Virus record (IMG/VR): IMGVR_UViG_3300015207_000448
DNA length: 64,000 bases
Direction: 5' to 3' (one strand)
DNA from: a virus
Taxonomy: Duplodnaviria > Heunggongvirae > Uroviricota > Caudoviricetes
Positions 30,601 through 39,609 of the stretch are shown here, one piece after another; within the stretch, counting starts at the first letter, position 1; the number at the start of each line of letters is the position of its first letter. The position numbers and the translations under genes were made by a program. The notes beneath the pieces are model-generated. The model did not search any database. It saw nothing but the letters and a program-made list of their open reading frames with translations, and was not told the DNA's origin.

Positions 30601-31221
30601 ACTGGCAGATATACCACTTGTTTCACCGGTTGCCACCAATCGTATCTGATAGGTGGCATCAGATGTTAACAGCTTGCTAAGGTCTATCGTTTTTGTCTGG
30701 CCCGATTGGATATTGACAGTAAACTCTTTGCTGGAATCCCAAGAACCCCACGCGCCGTTTGAATTTTGAGTACGACAGGACACCACGATAACAGCATCTT
30801 CATCTTGATCTGTTGTTTCGTGTGTTATAGGATTATATTGCTGCCAGAGATAAGAGACTTCTACACTTGCAACCGGCTTACTGGTCACAAGAGTTGCTGC
30901 TGATTTCCTTGTAAGCGTGACGATGTTGCTGACGCCACCTTGCTCTTCAAGAAGAGGAATAGCAACATTCAGCAATCGTTTAGCCGCCTCGGAATCCGGG
31001 TCTGTCATATAGTCATTGTAGGCTGCTTGATCAGCAAAGCCCCAAATGTGGTAATAGCCATCTGTGTCTTTGTCCTGTGGAATAACAATATATCCAATCT
31101 TAGAGGACAGCTGACTTTTGATGAATTTTTCCACTGCTGCACCACTGTAGGCTTGGGTGCCATCATCCCACGGTATGTCTATCGAAGGGATGTCACTGTT
31201 GATAATGATTCTTTTTGCCAT
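24664..31221 (-). CDS. 2185-aa DGR target, probable receptor-binding/adhesin protein (LamG-like, CotH-like, LRR and C-type lectin domains)
   Basis: C-terminal WYLPACGE...HWSSTE...SWNVNF...VVRPAV CLec signature with VR; LRR segment LEEIDLTNA/LRSLLLRGS; located in tail module. Confidence 0.88.
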   Translation of the reverse strand: MAKRIIINSDIPSIDIPWDDGTQAYSGAAVEKFIKSQLSSKIGYIVIPQDKDTDGYYHIWGFADQAAYNDYMTDPDSEAAKRLLNVAIPLLEEQGGVSNIVTLTRKSAATLVTSKPVASVEVSYLWQQYNPITHETTDQDEDAVIVVSCRTQNSNGAWGSWDSSKEFTVNIQSGQTKTIDLSKLLTSDATYQIRLVATGETSGISASPVTMSIVYSNVAANYEGSIATAYKGNTIQLPFRISGSVQKQLRIKINGYTKNFTLGTTTYTDNTYGASLTQAEFDLLRGAIKAEAWIAFGEGYSAETEHLEFQFIYIPEGDTNSSPILAVTDIVEEFQNWTRATIFRYAIYNPVGNETPLRLTLQDRDTGQIYIQKEQICVNGESYAFDENFSMEYNGDEQPSTINAQATFTNLSGVTYGNNINFVVDNSENFAPTRGANIVISPEKQTIVINETQYQLENLLSSPDDTNTGWKYNQETDSTGREVSVPVLSIGAGNRLSLPEELFTDNTGHNEGGTEGSLTVELDLKVKNIVGESTVVDASAPFNGVYTGLKFYPTRAVCLSRNNFTEDICDAHFQEEMREHIAINIIRNLRGEGMNLVRIYVNGKANREFIYSDDDYFTPIGAKGAQEIVIGSDEADIDIYGVRIYKNQQLGSTQIQNDYMAGMPTIEDKKAFKRFNSIFNGTEIGYDLCNAMGLNTILRKIPEGGHYPSRENQSKQKNVTVDVRIYKERGNADSLDMKHSGTFTGMTDKGQGTSAKGYYWWNITDGFEDDVEITAEEYNSSDPTHYVDGGKYFKKISYFNSLDGVSQVYASKYELEDGRGGITKLVGKCNYASPMQSHKLGAIWAYDELWQALVNNGANDRPVLEGHATCYEKPFLCFYQIGNGNPIFCGFQTWGSGKGDKQTFGYDKKKHPDYMCVSGADNGAIAALFQMPWVVNKNAQGAWEGNIYPKSVTINTGDIKNGYCYKAGTSDTLSFEVEIGSKYDGGETDKGVQRIEDEAKDGTENTLFTHFAEFANFIFACSPLLKPYAGTEAQLIADSANLVRDHQYWLFNSGSDRYNIYYYNPATAKFEKIIKVPTAWGADNRAYAYGSPKLTEQLASTIITIDTVDGKKSVTLEEAMNTLGTSDMNVLNDCFSKARVAYFKAHADAYIDKTDVIFHQAFCKLEAATDNRTKNTYYWINPAVDKLVRLKQDDLDTIKATDNQGRQTKPYYALEHTKDANGSNYWNGENNIFYTLIERAYPDLIRNMMRDIFSRMALICGSVEEYYQQRYYWVQEYFPAVAYNETSRVLYEVAQVKLMNGLIDVSQDPITQAIGDQLECEKQFMNRRLPMLMSWCEYETGGDGTLSFRSINNNAGLSPVYDIEYTAYQYIYPKLAIGGKMATIYAKQNGEWIAQDGSEPYLCAPGETVRMVCDTDSNTQFTMRWMHYAKSIGNIGNLPCGDDGSVNITGKRLRKLECWAPDGTAIEFHPRGLAISNCRNLEEIDLTNASAFAGTFSGDYPRLRSLLLRGSGYTSVTLPKTSTLTDVELPASVNEIKVDGQPNLKSLMVEGLENLRTLSVLGKHKIASQTQSLVQLAYSQAMNVNKVEIENVSWTAFAVDVMMWLQRLNASITGVVSLTGNLTFDNKLALAGTYGDIDNTENPLFISYSRRAINSISIQGPSYITETGLFQYKLVCSPSTGNDFALKDGQPDVNWSIDDSAKAYGAFTDSINGVLKVNKLDESGTDMRYIVQCSIVKTSGAEMTADYQVGFYRRIPKIGDFAYADGTFDDQYMKDKSIVGIVFKINEMWQGDNEAEPTIFTGYNKPTEAFKTTRKLVGYQLLVDCKENVPYHSSDGFINTGSVVFGLYPSNDNNGHTAIQNEIMAATGISSIFDLPGISNITARGWSGGTNNDYLTTGNYLDENSDDGFKDWSTASGTVTDWQGKQKTQAIIRHANQIINAYLLSDANESVGTYYTDEDGVEHQFAEIPTTVEELANAMEVLHKANNNLTKYQQFLYPAAYGCYLYEPKVNEGEALDPQYAKGNWYLPACGEEYRQYSFFAKSRTGGMGDTYQVGQNTVPARTVIDNMITEALNSSEPNEIKTNVSPSHVEFSNYTGVELAAINRYFHSLVEAEKPIYSMILWRAQVANGSAPFTQHSAGGHWSSTEYSAGGSWNVNFGSGGSGDYYGKCYTLVVRPAVAYQFFL
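24683..24813 (-). repeat. DGR variable repeat (VR, 131 bp)
   Basis: Encodes HSAGGHWSSTEYSAGGSWNVNFGSGGSGDYYGKCYTLVVRPAVA at the target C-terminus. Confidence 0.95.
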
Positions 31222-31233
31222 ATTGGATCATTG

Positions 31234-31407
31234 TTAATTGTTTCTCCATGCGTCTGTCTGACTCCACGCTTTCTCTCGAACCCAGTAACCACTGCCGAAG
31301 CAACTGTTTACGGCCTCCCAAATCAATCGGGCGCCACGATAGACAGCAGTAATGGCTTTCGTGCCATAGTATCTGGCAGTTAAGTCAATTCCATTGCGAA
31401 TAATCAT
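31234..31407 (-). CDS. Small 57-aa virion-associated protein (below ORF-track cutoff)
   Basis: MIIRNGIDLTARYYGTKAITAVYRGARLIWEAVNSCFGSGYWVREKAWSQTDAWRNN; ATGA overlap with the upstream gene; exactly fills the gap. Confidence 0.75.
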   Translation of the reverse strand: MIIRNGIDLTARYYGTKAITAVYRGARLIWEAVNSCFGSGYWVREKAWSQTDAWRNN

Positions 31408-31625
31408 TCTTCGTAGATGTTGTATTCAACTTCAGGGTTGAGAACTCCTGCTTGTGCCAAAGCATCATATTCATCCTGAGTGATGTAAACCTTATTATTG
31501 AGAGCGTCAATCATTTCATTGACCTTTGCCGTCAACTGATTAAACTCTACCGCAGTCAATTTGCCGGAGGCATTAACACCCTGGTTGGATGTCTTAGTGC
31601 CTATTTGAAGTTTTGAGATTGCCAT
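31404..31625 (-). CDS. Small tail-associated protein
   Basis: 73 aa with YITQDEYDAL...YNIYEE motif; translationally coupled. Confidence 0.65.
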   Translation of the reverse strand: MAISKLQIGTKTSNQGVNASGKLTAVEFNQLTAKVNEMIDALNNKVYITQDEYDALAQAGVLNPEVEYNIYEE

Positions 31626-31626
31626 A

Positions 31627-34155
31627 TCAGAAAATTATTGGGAATGAATAATCAAAATGATCGGCAAAGCCGAGTTCGCATATAAAGACATCTGTACCAT
31701 CCATCTCATAATTCAAGGTCAGGATGTTGGCACCATCAGTAACATCCAAATCTTCAAAACCTAAGTCTTTTGTGGGATCATCCTTTTTGTATCGATGCCA
31801 AGTAAATGTGAAATTCTCTAATGCGTACTCAGTATTTACCGGCTGACCCTGATAGTACACAGTTGCAGTCAAAACGGTAGAGCAGACTCCATTCTGGAAA
31901 GCAGTTCCTTTAGATGAGGTTACTTGAACTGTATAGCCTTGCACATACTGTTTGTTGATGTTAAATGTGTCGGCATACGTTCTGGAGTCATTTAGTTTGA
32001 TTACGCATCGGAATGTTACACGACTTTCACCATGATATGTGATAGTGTTCCCTTCAGCGTCTGTTTGCGGCGGTGTAGAGACATAACCCAACCAATAACA
32101 AGAGTCAGGAAATACTTCCAGCGTGGGACCATTGGCACCAGGTATCGCAACCCAGTTGTCACCAATCAGCAAATACCATTGGCGTTGGCTGGATGTGGAT
32201 TGAAAGCCAACTTCTTCAAGTTCCAAGACTATTGATGATGGGCTACAAGTTTTGCCGGTAACAGAATCCTCTTGACCAATTATTGTGAACATATCTTGAC
32301 CAACGATACGCATATAGCGGTTTGCCATTTCGTCTTTAGCATCGTCTCCAAGATTATCCCAATTAAGCGTTACATCTTTACCAAATGTAACCTTGCCTTG
32401 TTGGTCCCATTTGATATTCTCATTTGCTAAATATCCAGATCCATCCTGATTAAGTCTGAACGAATTGGAACGAGTGTCAATCGCTCCGGTACCGTCATAA
32501 TTCAATCGGAGTAGTGGATTTTGAATTGTCCCACCAATACCACCACGGGCGAACCAGGCACCGTAATCATCGGTCTCATCCAATATGTCATCCGTAGGCT
32601 GATACTGGGTGCAGTATTCTCCAGGCTCTAATTGTGGCGCTGTGATAAACAATTGCTGCTCATCCGGGTCGATACTACCGGCGACAGACTGATATAATGA
32701 ATTTGAGAAAGAAGGTGTTATGCTAATCAATAAATCTTCCAACTCTTTATCAGGCTTCAGCAAATCAAAAAAGACATGCAATCTGCGCCACTCATGGGTT
32801 TGGTCAGAAGCAATTTGGATAGTACCAATAACTTTCCCATTTTGCTTAATACCTATTTGGCAAGGCTTTTTTGCATACGCCCAAAAAGAGAAACAGTATC
32901 GCTTTGCCAGATGATTGTCCAACCAATCTCGATTTTGGACAAACATTGTAAGCTCACTTACATCCTCGGTCTTGTACACATTACCCATCCCTGTCGGATT
33001 GATAAGAGATGAGTTGTCTATCGTTATAGCTGATAAGAAATTGACATCACATGAATTACGGAAGCAATTCCTATGAATCTTACCAGCATAAAATGTTGAC
33101 GCAAAGCCGTTCTCATCACCGGCTGTAAGGGTACCAGAGATATGTGCAGTTTGCGAAGCGTACAGTTTTTGAATGTAGGCGCCATAGCCAGTCAATGTAC
33201 CGAATACCGGATCAGCCACCCCATCCAATTTACCTATACGCATTGATGTAGCATCTCCAAAATTGGAAATACTATCTAAAAGGATAATGTTGAAATCTGC
33301 AATTTCAACCCAATCGTTTACGCCAAGATTTTGCACGTCCAATTTGAAAGTGCGAAGATGACGGCCTGAATTGATTACATTGACAGCTCTGAAATAGTAT
33401 TGCCAGTCTCCCGTAAACTCTTCGGACCACTCAGCATCGTTAACAGCACCGGTAGAATAAGTAATTGCGGTATTAACAGTTATTGACTTGTTAGCGCGAG
33501 CCTTGTATGAAATAAGCACTCGTTTTTGTGCAGCAACTAATTCATAGAAGTCTTGCGACAATCCACAAAAATCTGAGGATAAAGAATTGCGAGTCAAGCG
33601 AACAATGCGGTTGGCATCAGTATCATGCGACTTATATTGTGCAGAAAGCCCTTTCCCTCTTACAATATATTGTGAGCGAGAATCTTCAAATGCCTCACTC
33701 GCTATATTTTCCGGCCAACACAAACTCTTATTGCGACCCACTCCGTCTATGACATCCATAAACGGTGCCTGTGAATCTGATGCTGTTAAATACAACGCGC
33801 CTGAGCGATCAGCATCAAACAAATTGGTGATTCTGGCAAAATCTAAAAGCTCTTTAGTCTGAGGTGCATCGCCTTCCAGCAGCGCACCGATAAAATATGG
33901 GACATCACGTTCTACATCTTGAGTAATGATTTTGCCATTTGCATCCAAAATTGGCAATCCATCTGAATCGTATTGAGCTTCGGTTGCAAATTTTTTAGTA
34001 GTGCCATACGCAAGTACGCACATAAGCGAATAGATGATATTGGTGCCGTCAAAATACTGTCGGCGCACAATATCACCCGTTCTTAACCCCTGAACCTTCT
34101 TTGAATCAGGGGCTACAAGTATTTGGTATTTCTTCAGATCTACTGGAGCTGCCAT
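31627..34155 (-). CDS. Tail/baseplate structural protein with carbohydrate-binding-like modules
   Basis: Start ATG 34155 in a TAATG overlap; shares the GSGYLA..NI.WD..G module with the 915-aa fibre. Confidence 0.6.
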   Translation of the reverse strand: MAAPVDLKKYQILVAPDSKKVQGLRTGDIVRRQYFDGTNIIYSLMCVLAYGTTKKFATEAQYDSDGLPILDANGKIITQDVERDVPYFIGALLEGDAPQTKELLDFARITNLFDADRSGALYLTASDSQAPFMDVIDGVGRNKSLCWPENIASEAFEDSRSQYIVRGKGLSAQYKSHDTDANRIVRLTRNSLSSDFCGLSQDFYELVAAQKRVLISYKARANKSITVNTAITYSTGAVNDAEWSEEFTGDWQYYFRAVNVINSGRHLRTFKLDVQNLGVNDWVEIADFNIILLDSISNFGDATSMRIGKLDGVADPVFGTLTGYGAYIQKLYASQTAHISGTLTAGDENGFASTFYAGKIHRNCFRNSCDVNFLSAITIDNSSLINPTGMGNVYKTEDVSELTMFVQNRDWLDNHLAKRYCFSFWAYAKKPCQIGIKQNGKVIGTIQIASDQTHEWRRLHVFFDLLKPDKELEDLLISITPSFSNSLYQSVAGSIDPDEQQLFITAPQLEPGEYCTQYQPTDDILDETDDYGAWFARGGIGGTIQNPLLRLNYDGTGAIDTRSNSFRLNQDGSGYLANENIKWDQQGKVTFGKDVTLNWDNLGDDAKDEMANRYMRIVGQDMFTIIGQEDSVTGKTCSPSSIVLELEEVGFQSTSSQRQWYLLIGDNWVAIPGANGPTLEVFPDSCYWLGYVSTPPQTDAEGNTITYHGESRVTFRCVIKLNDSRTYADTFNINKQYVQGYTVQVTSSKGTAFQNGVCSTVLTATVYYQGQPVNTEYALENFTFTWHRYKKDDPTKDLGFEDLDVTDGANILTLNYEMDGTDVFICELGFADHFDYSFPIIF

Positions 34156-35984
34156 TAGTTTAGTGCTATCACTTCGTCTCCAGAGCAAGAATCACTAACC
34201 CATAGAGAGCCATTTGTTACCGAGTTTTTTTGAACTTCAAGCTCATAGACCCTCATCTTCTTTCTCACAGTGAGAGAATCAAAAGTGGCGTGAAAACCTC
34301 CATTTGTCGTTTCATCTTTGACCGCCCAACCATATCCAGCAAAACCACTGGCAAAACTGGGAGATGAGATGTTGCCGTCAAAATAGCCGTTGCCAGCATA
34401 TCGGAGGCCGTCAACAACGCCTTCTATGAACTTTCCGTCATCAAAGAATAGTGCATCTTCTATCAGGCGGGTGTGATACCGGTCGCTTTTTATTGCAAAA
34501 AATTCCGCTTCAACAGGGTTATCAAAGGCAAAAAATTCGCCATCAGTCGCAAAATGAAGTGTTGCAGACCACGGCAAGCTCAAATTTCTGAAAGGAGAAG
34601 TGGTTTGAGCGTAGTATGTATTAAATTGCAGTTGCTCAGTTGGGCTGCCTGTGATTTCAGTGTTGATATATGGAATTTGAATGTTCAGCCCTCCTGTAGC
34701 CGGGTCTCGGTAAATGGCGGGGCCATCTATGGCTCCAAACCGAATCTGATGAGGAAACAAAACTCCGAGATTAGTGCTATCTACACGATACGTTTCCAAT
34801 GCCGTCGCACCATTAACAGCTACGTCTGCTTTTAACCCATTCGGGAAATATCCCGCTCCCTCTTTAGAGACCAAACGAAAATGATTACTATAGTCCCAAA
34901 TATCTGACTGAAGAGAAATTTTTTCTGTACTTTTACCATTGTCGCTATCTCCAAGATTTAATGTCATTCCCGGAGCAGAAAACGATACGACATTACTATT
35001 GCGGACATTGATAACATAGTCGTTGTCAAACTTAATACCATGTCCGTTAATGATATGTAAATCAGATTCGAGAACAGTGTAAGGAATGTTGACTGGATTG
35101 CCATCGTCTCCAATGGTGGTGTCAACTTCGGAATACAGAAACTTTTGGCCTAAGGCACCCAATGCAAAACCTTGTAATGCCTTAAATGCGCCTGATATAT
35201 CAACATCGCCTTTGACTATCAAATCACCATACACATTAGCATCGCGCATTGTCCAATCAACATCAGACTTATTGGAGTTGCCAGAGTGATAGAACTCTTT
35301 TGTTCCCCAAAAAATTCCTTGTTGGTTGATTAACACATCGCCCAGCTTGAAAGTGCCGTCCACAGACACATCACCCTTAATTCCGATTGTCGGGTTCTCA
35401 ATCTTTAGAGTGCCATTGTCGTAATATATAACTTTGTTTTTATCAAAAGTTATACTATCGCCAAGATTGAGGGTTCCGGCAATTTCAGCGTCCTCACTGA
35501 CCTTTAGATTTCCATGTATTATCGCCCATTTCTCATTGTCAGCGTTGATAGTCACTTCAAAAATTTTCTGACCATTATAACCGGCATCAAAACCGTACCA
35601 AGCTGAAAGAGCACCTTTCATTGAGTCACCACCACGAGATACAAAGCCAGTCGTAGTGCTGCCACCGGCGCCGCCTCCGCTCATAACAGACATTATGGCA
35701 TTGGCAAACAGGTACGCAGAGTTCTTCATCAGAATGTCAGAATAGTCTGATGACATTTGCTCGGCCAAGGCTTGTTTGGCAGCATCTAATATAGGATTGC
35801 CATCTGCATCAAATGTTGCATTACCCTCACTATCGAGTACAAGCATATCTTCAGCAGATGGAAATGCCGGTGCATCCACTTCATTAGCGGACACCATTCC
35901 TTGATAAAGCCGATCATAAAGATGAAACAGGTCACTGGTTTTATCGAGTGTAGCCTCATCAAAATTCAATTTTGCCTCTGCCAT
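34155..35984 (-). CDS. Tail structural protein (609 aa)
   Basis: C-terminal FASGFAGYGW...DSLTVRKKMRVYELEVQK pattern; synteny. Confidence 0.55.
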   Translation of the reverse strand: MAEAKLNFDEATLDKTSDLFHLYDRLYQGMVSANEVDAPAFPSAEDMLVLDSEGNATFDADGNPILDAAKQALAEQMSSDYSDILMKNSAYLFANAIMSVMSGGGAGGSTTTGFVSRGGDSMKGALSAWYGFDAGYNGQKIFEVTINADNEKWAIIHGNLKVSEDAEIAGTLNLGDSITFDKNKVIYYDNGTLKIENPTIGIKGDVSVDGTFKLGDVLINQQGIFWGTKEFYHSGNSNKSDVDWTMRDANVYGDLIVKGDVDISGAFKALQGFALGALGQKFLYSEVDTTIGDDGNPVNIPYTVLESDLHIINGHGIKFDNDYVINVRNSNVVSFSAPGMTLNLGDSDNGKSTEKISLQSDIWDYSNHFRLVSKEGAGYFPNGLKADVAVNGATALETYRVDSTNLGVLFPHQIRFGAIDGPAIYRDPATGGLNIQIPYINTEITGSPTEQLQFNTYYAQTTSPFRNLSLPWSATLHFATDGEFFAFDNPVEAEFFAIKSDRYHTRLIEDALFFDDGKFIEGVVDGLRYAGNGYFDGNISSPSFASGFAGYGWAVKDETTNGGFHATFDSLTVRKKMRVYELEVQKNSVTNGSLWVSDSCSGDEVIALN

Positions 35985-35986
35985 AA

Positions 35987-36985
35987 TTATTTCTGAATTT
36001 GAACTTTCTTTGTTAAGAATCCACTATGAGCCGACTTGAACGCAGATATTTTGGCTTTCAAAGAAATGAAGTTAGCCAACATATTTGCCGGAGGCTGCGG
36101 GCCCATCATTGTGGGCGTCATCATTTGTCCGAGATAGCCAACAAGATCTGAAAGGATTGTTGCGAGTTCCTGACCTAAAACAGCATCATCCACACCATTT
36201 TTACTACCAACATAGGTTGTACCATCCTCGACCACTACCTGAGACTGACCCATTTCAAGTTTTGCCTGAGAGTCATCCAGAGTCATGTTGGCCTTATCAT
36301 GTTCCAGCACTATATCATCTGGAGTCATAGTTGAGGCTGACTTTCCACCAACATCATGCTTTGCGACCAGACCATCATCAGTTTTCCCAAGAATTTGGGT
36401 TACAGTAGCTTCATCGTTATCCTTCTCGGTATTAACTGTAGTAACTACAGAATCCTTTGTATATGTTGTGTTGGTCTTAATCCCGGTTAATTCAAGCTCG
36501 TGTATATCTGGAGCCTCATCGTCATCCGGTTTGTACTCCTCACGCTCTCTGACTCCAATCGAAATGTTTTCGTGAGAGTCCAACTGGATAAGATTCACAT
36601 GAGAAAACATTGTCACATACTCATTCCCCGTTTCAGGGTCCTTGCTGACAATGACATCTGAATGAAGTTTCGGGATAATGATATATCCGTTGGTATCATT
36701 CTGAATAGCAGTTAACAACACACCCTCATGGTAGCCTATAGGAGCTTCTTCAGTTTCTTCTACAGCCCAATCGGGATATTCCTGAACATCAATGGTGCCA
36801 TACAACTCATCGCTCTCATCAGTATGTATTTTCGCAACATACCCGGTAACTTTAGAGGTGCCTCGTACAGTCCCGGTTTGTCTGTTGACAAATCCTTTAA
36901 GTGCAATCGCACGGATGGCATCCCGAATCATCTCATTTGATGAATGGTCAGTCAAATGTTTCTTAGGAGTGATCATAGTGCTCAA
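35987..36985 (-). CDS. Probable baseplate spike (gpV/gp5-like)
   Basis: N-terminal OB-like region with IIIPKLHSDVIV; C-terminal AVLGQEL; follows hub gene. Confidence 0.5.
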   Translation of the reverse strand: MSTMITPKKHLTDHSSNEMIRDAIRAIALKGFVNRQTGTVRGTSKVTGYVAKIHTDESDELYGTIDVQEYPDWAVEETEEAPIGYHEGVLLTAIQNDTNGYIIIPKLHSDVIVSKDPETGNEYVTMFSHVNLIQLDSHENISIGVREREEYKPDDDEAPDIHELELTGIKTNTTYTKDSVVTTVNTEKDNDEATVTQILGKTDDGLVAKHDVGGKSASTMTPDDIVLEHDKANMTLDDSQAKLEMGQSQVVVEDGTTYVGSKNGVDDAVLGQELATILSDLVGYLGQMMTPTMMGPQPPANMLANFISLKAKISAFKSAHSGFLTKKVQIQK

Positions 36986-38478
36986 CTTTGAGACGATTGG
37001 CTATTGCCATCACGTTTGATACAGTATGGCAATGTGATTCTTTGACGGAACCCGTCTGTACCGAAAGTTGTGTTAACTTCCTCAACTAAATACACCCCAT
37101 TCTTTCCTGGGTAACGCCGGTCAATCAGCTCTACTTGCTGAGCGGTTCTTATATACAAGTCTCCAAACAAAGTCAGAGAGCCTTCAATACCGGTCATGTT
37201 GTAGCCTTCAAGATACTTAATAGCTTCTTCGGCAAGTTTCTTCATGTCGATGGGAATTGTCTTAGAGACGAAAGCAATCTTGGTATAGAGTTTCATATCA
37301 ACCTTGTCGTTAGGAGCGTCGGTCAAATACCGTTTACCGGCTTTCATCGCTTTCTTTGTCAGCTTTGTCTCATTGACATATCGATATGCCGGATTGCTCT
37401 CCGATTCAGGCTTTGATGAATCAAACTGTGGGTTTCTGAGAATCGTGATGTTGATGAACTTATCATCTGAATCAATACCCTTAGCGCCAACAGCCAAGAA
37501 ATCTTTATCAGAAGATGTTAACCCAAGACCATTGTTAGCAACATGATAGTCAAACTGAATCTGAACTGGACGAGGTGTGGTTGTCGCATTTAGTATCGAA
37601 TCCTTTCCTGGATTGGAAAAATATGCACGTCCAATTTGTATCGCTGGTGTGCCATTGTAGTCACTGACATAGCAGAACAATCCATATTTCGACCATTCTG
37701 TCAGCACGTCCGCGACAGTTAAATCCGTACTAAGTTCTACTGCGCCTAAATCGAAATCCATAGACGCCGTATCTGGATGAAGAATAAGTCCGGTGTCTTT
37801 CAAGAATTTGTATCTACCGTCTTCACCAAGAAAATCTTTGATCTCACACTTTTTCAGTTTAACTTTAGGACAAGTTATCGTTCTCAAAAAGCTTGCAAGG
37901 TTCTCACATTCAAGTTCGATAGGAGTATCAAGACTTACCTTGGTGATATAACCATCAAACATCAAACTCATGTATTTTTTTGAATCTGAACCTGTGTGTT
38001 TGAACTGAGCAAGATAGTCATCGTATGTGGCTGTGTCATTATAAATGGATTTGCCAGTATTGCCGGTCTTGGCCATTTCAGCTACTTGTGGATCTGTAGT
38101 GTAGCCCAAGTAGATTTTAATTCGCTGGCCTACACTAAACGTGCTTGGAGAGGCAACTGATGTCGAAGTACGAGTTTCTTCTACAACACCACTATTAGAC
38201 AGCTGAACACTGACTTTCTTGAAATCTTCCTCTTCTTCGTTTGTTTGATTGGTTATGGTTTTACGAATTATTGTACCACGGGGAAAACGCACAGAGGCAG
38301 TACTGATAAGCTTTTTGAAAGACTCATCAATTTCTATTTCTTCGACTTCACAAATACGCATTATTTCCCCATCAACGTCTCCGTTGGGTTTCTTTTTGTC
38401 CTTGGGTTTCCATATCTCAATTAAAGAAATTAGGATATGGAAACCTGGCTGCTTATTAGTGTCAAATCCTTCTGCCAT
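36982..38478 (-). CDS. Baseplate hub / late control D-like protein
   Basis: FDGYITKV...ELECEN; GSLTLFG...GVYLVEEVNTTFGTDGFRQRITL. Confidence 0.65.
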   Translation of the reverse strand: MAEGFDTNKQPGFHILISLIEIWKPKDKKKPNGDVDGEIMRICEVEEIEIDESFKKLISTASVRFPRGTIIRKTITNQTNEEEEDFKKVSVQLSNSGVVEETRTSTSVASPSTFSVGQRIKIYLGYTTDPQVAEMAKTGNTGKSIYNDTATYDDYLAQFKHTGSDSKKYMSLMFDGYITKVSLDTPIELECENLASFLRTITCPKVKLKKCEIKDFLGEDGRYKFLKDTGLILHPDTASMDFDLGAVELSTDLTVADVLTEWSKYGLFCYVSDYNGTPAIQIGRAYFSNPGKDSILNATTTPRPVQIQFDYHVANNGLGLTSSDKDFLAVGAKGIDSDDKFINITILRNPQFDSSKPESESNPAYRYVNETKLTKKAMKAGKRYLTDAPNDKVDMKLYTKIAFVSKTIPIDMKKLAEEAIKYLEGYNMTGIEGSLTLFGDLYIRTAQQVELIDRRYPGKNGVYLVEEVNTTFGTDGFRQRITLPYCIKRDGNSQSSQS

Positions 38479-38482
38479 AATA

Positions 38483-39607
38483 TCAAATGTTTGAGGTTAA
38501 CTCATCAAGACCGGCACCAGTCAATGAGGTAATAGAACTTGTCGCTGCCCCCAAAGCGGTTTTAGCAGCCATCTCGCCCAGTTTATTTTGAAGAATCTGA
38601 TGATACCAAGCATCCCATTTGGTAGCTTGAAGTTCTTTATTGATTGCGTTAATGGTATCCGCTTGCAAAGTGATGGCATCGTCGGGCTCAACCGCAACAC
38701 ATGTAAAAGAATATGGCTGGATGTTCTTGTATTCAATCTCTCCCAAAGAAAAATCCTTAATGATGATGCGGGTTACGCCAAGCAATCCGAAAGTGATGAA
38801 ATTCACATTGATAATGCCATTGTATTGCATTATTTTGACAAACCGCTTAACAGCTTCACTGGGATATACACCGGCCTGATCGGAGACAATGGACCCGTTC
38901 ACTGTGTATGTCATATCACCACCTGAAACAAGTTCCTTGCGTGTAAAGTCGCGCCCTTGAACAGTTGTAAGGATTACATTTTTTGTGCTACTCATTGAGA
39001 CTCTGGGCGCAAGGTCTATATGAAATACAGTGCGTGAATCAAATGAATCATCCACTACATTTCGTGATGTATGCACTATTTCATTGCCGGGATTCCACAA
39101 TTTTTCAAGAGTGTTCTTATCCTTAATTACATACGATTCTTCACCGGAATACTTAGCATCGGTATAATGTATGCGTTGTTCTGTTTCCGGAAGGTCATAG
39201 TGCAACATAAGGGCTTCAGGAATCGGTGTGCCATAACGGTCCTTGGCAATCAATCGATGACCGCCTTCACAATCAATTGCGCCAAAGCCTTCAGTGGATT
39301 TTTGCCCATTCTCAATTAGAGTGGCACGATTCTCCATCTGTTGAGCACGCATCTCTTTCAAGGACTTATCGCGCACATATTTTTGATACTTTGGAAGGAG
39401 ACTGTTAAGTTCTCCCTCCAAAGTGGACATTGCAAGTTGTTTGGCAACATGAACCAGAACCGATTTATAAGCAGATTGAGACTTATACTCAATATTGCCG
39501 CCCATTTGGTTATTCTGATAGCGCCAGTTCAGACTGCTGACAAATTGTGAAGTTGCATTGCCAGCATTGAACACCAAATTTGACCATACGTCTTTGAAAT
39601 AACTCAT
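38483..39607 (-). CDS. Tail tube initiator-like protein (DUF6046/gpU-like position)
   Basis: KNVILTTVQGRDFTRKELVSGGD motif directly after tape measure. Confidence 0.55.
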   Translation of the reverse strand: MSYFKDVWSNLVFNAGNATSQFVSSLNWRYQNNQMGGNIEYKSQSAYKSVLVHVAKQLAMSTLEGELNSLLPKYQKYVRDKSLKEMRAQQMENRATLIENGQKSTEGFGAIDCEGGHRLIAKDRYGTPIPEALMLHYDLPETEQRIHYTDAKYSGEESYVIKDKNTLEKLWNPGNEIVHTSRNVVDDSFDSRTVFHIDLAPRVSMSSTKNVILTTVQGRDFTRKELVSGGDMTYTVNGSIVSDQAGVYPSEAVKRFVKIMQYNGIINVNFITFGLLGVTRIIIKDFSLGEIEYKNIQPYSFTCVAVEPDDAITLQADTINAINKELQATKWDAWYHQILQNKLGEMAAKTALGAATSSITSLTGAGLDELTSNI

Positions 39608-39609
39608 AA

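Noticed and set aside
33-35745. Other CTATTCT copies (about 33, 3647, 34445 and 35738)
   Set aside because: They lie inside coding sequence; a few chance 7-mer hits are expected in 64 kb
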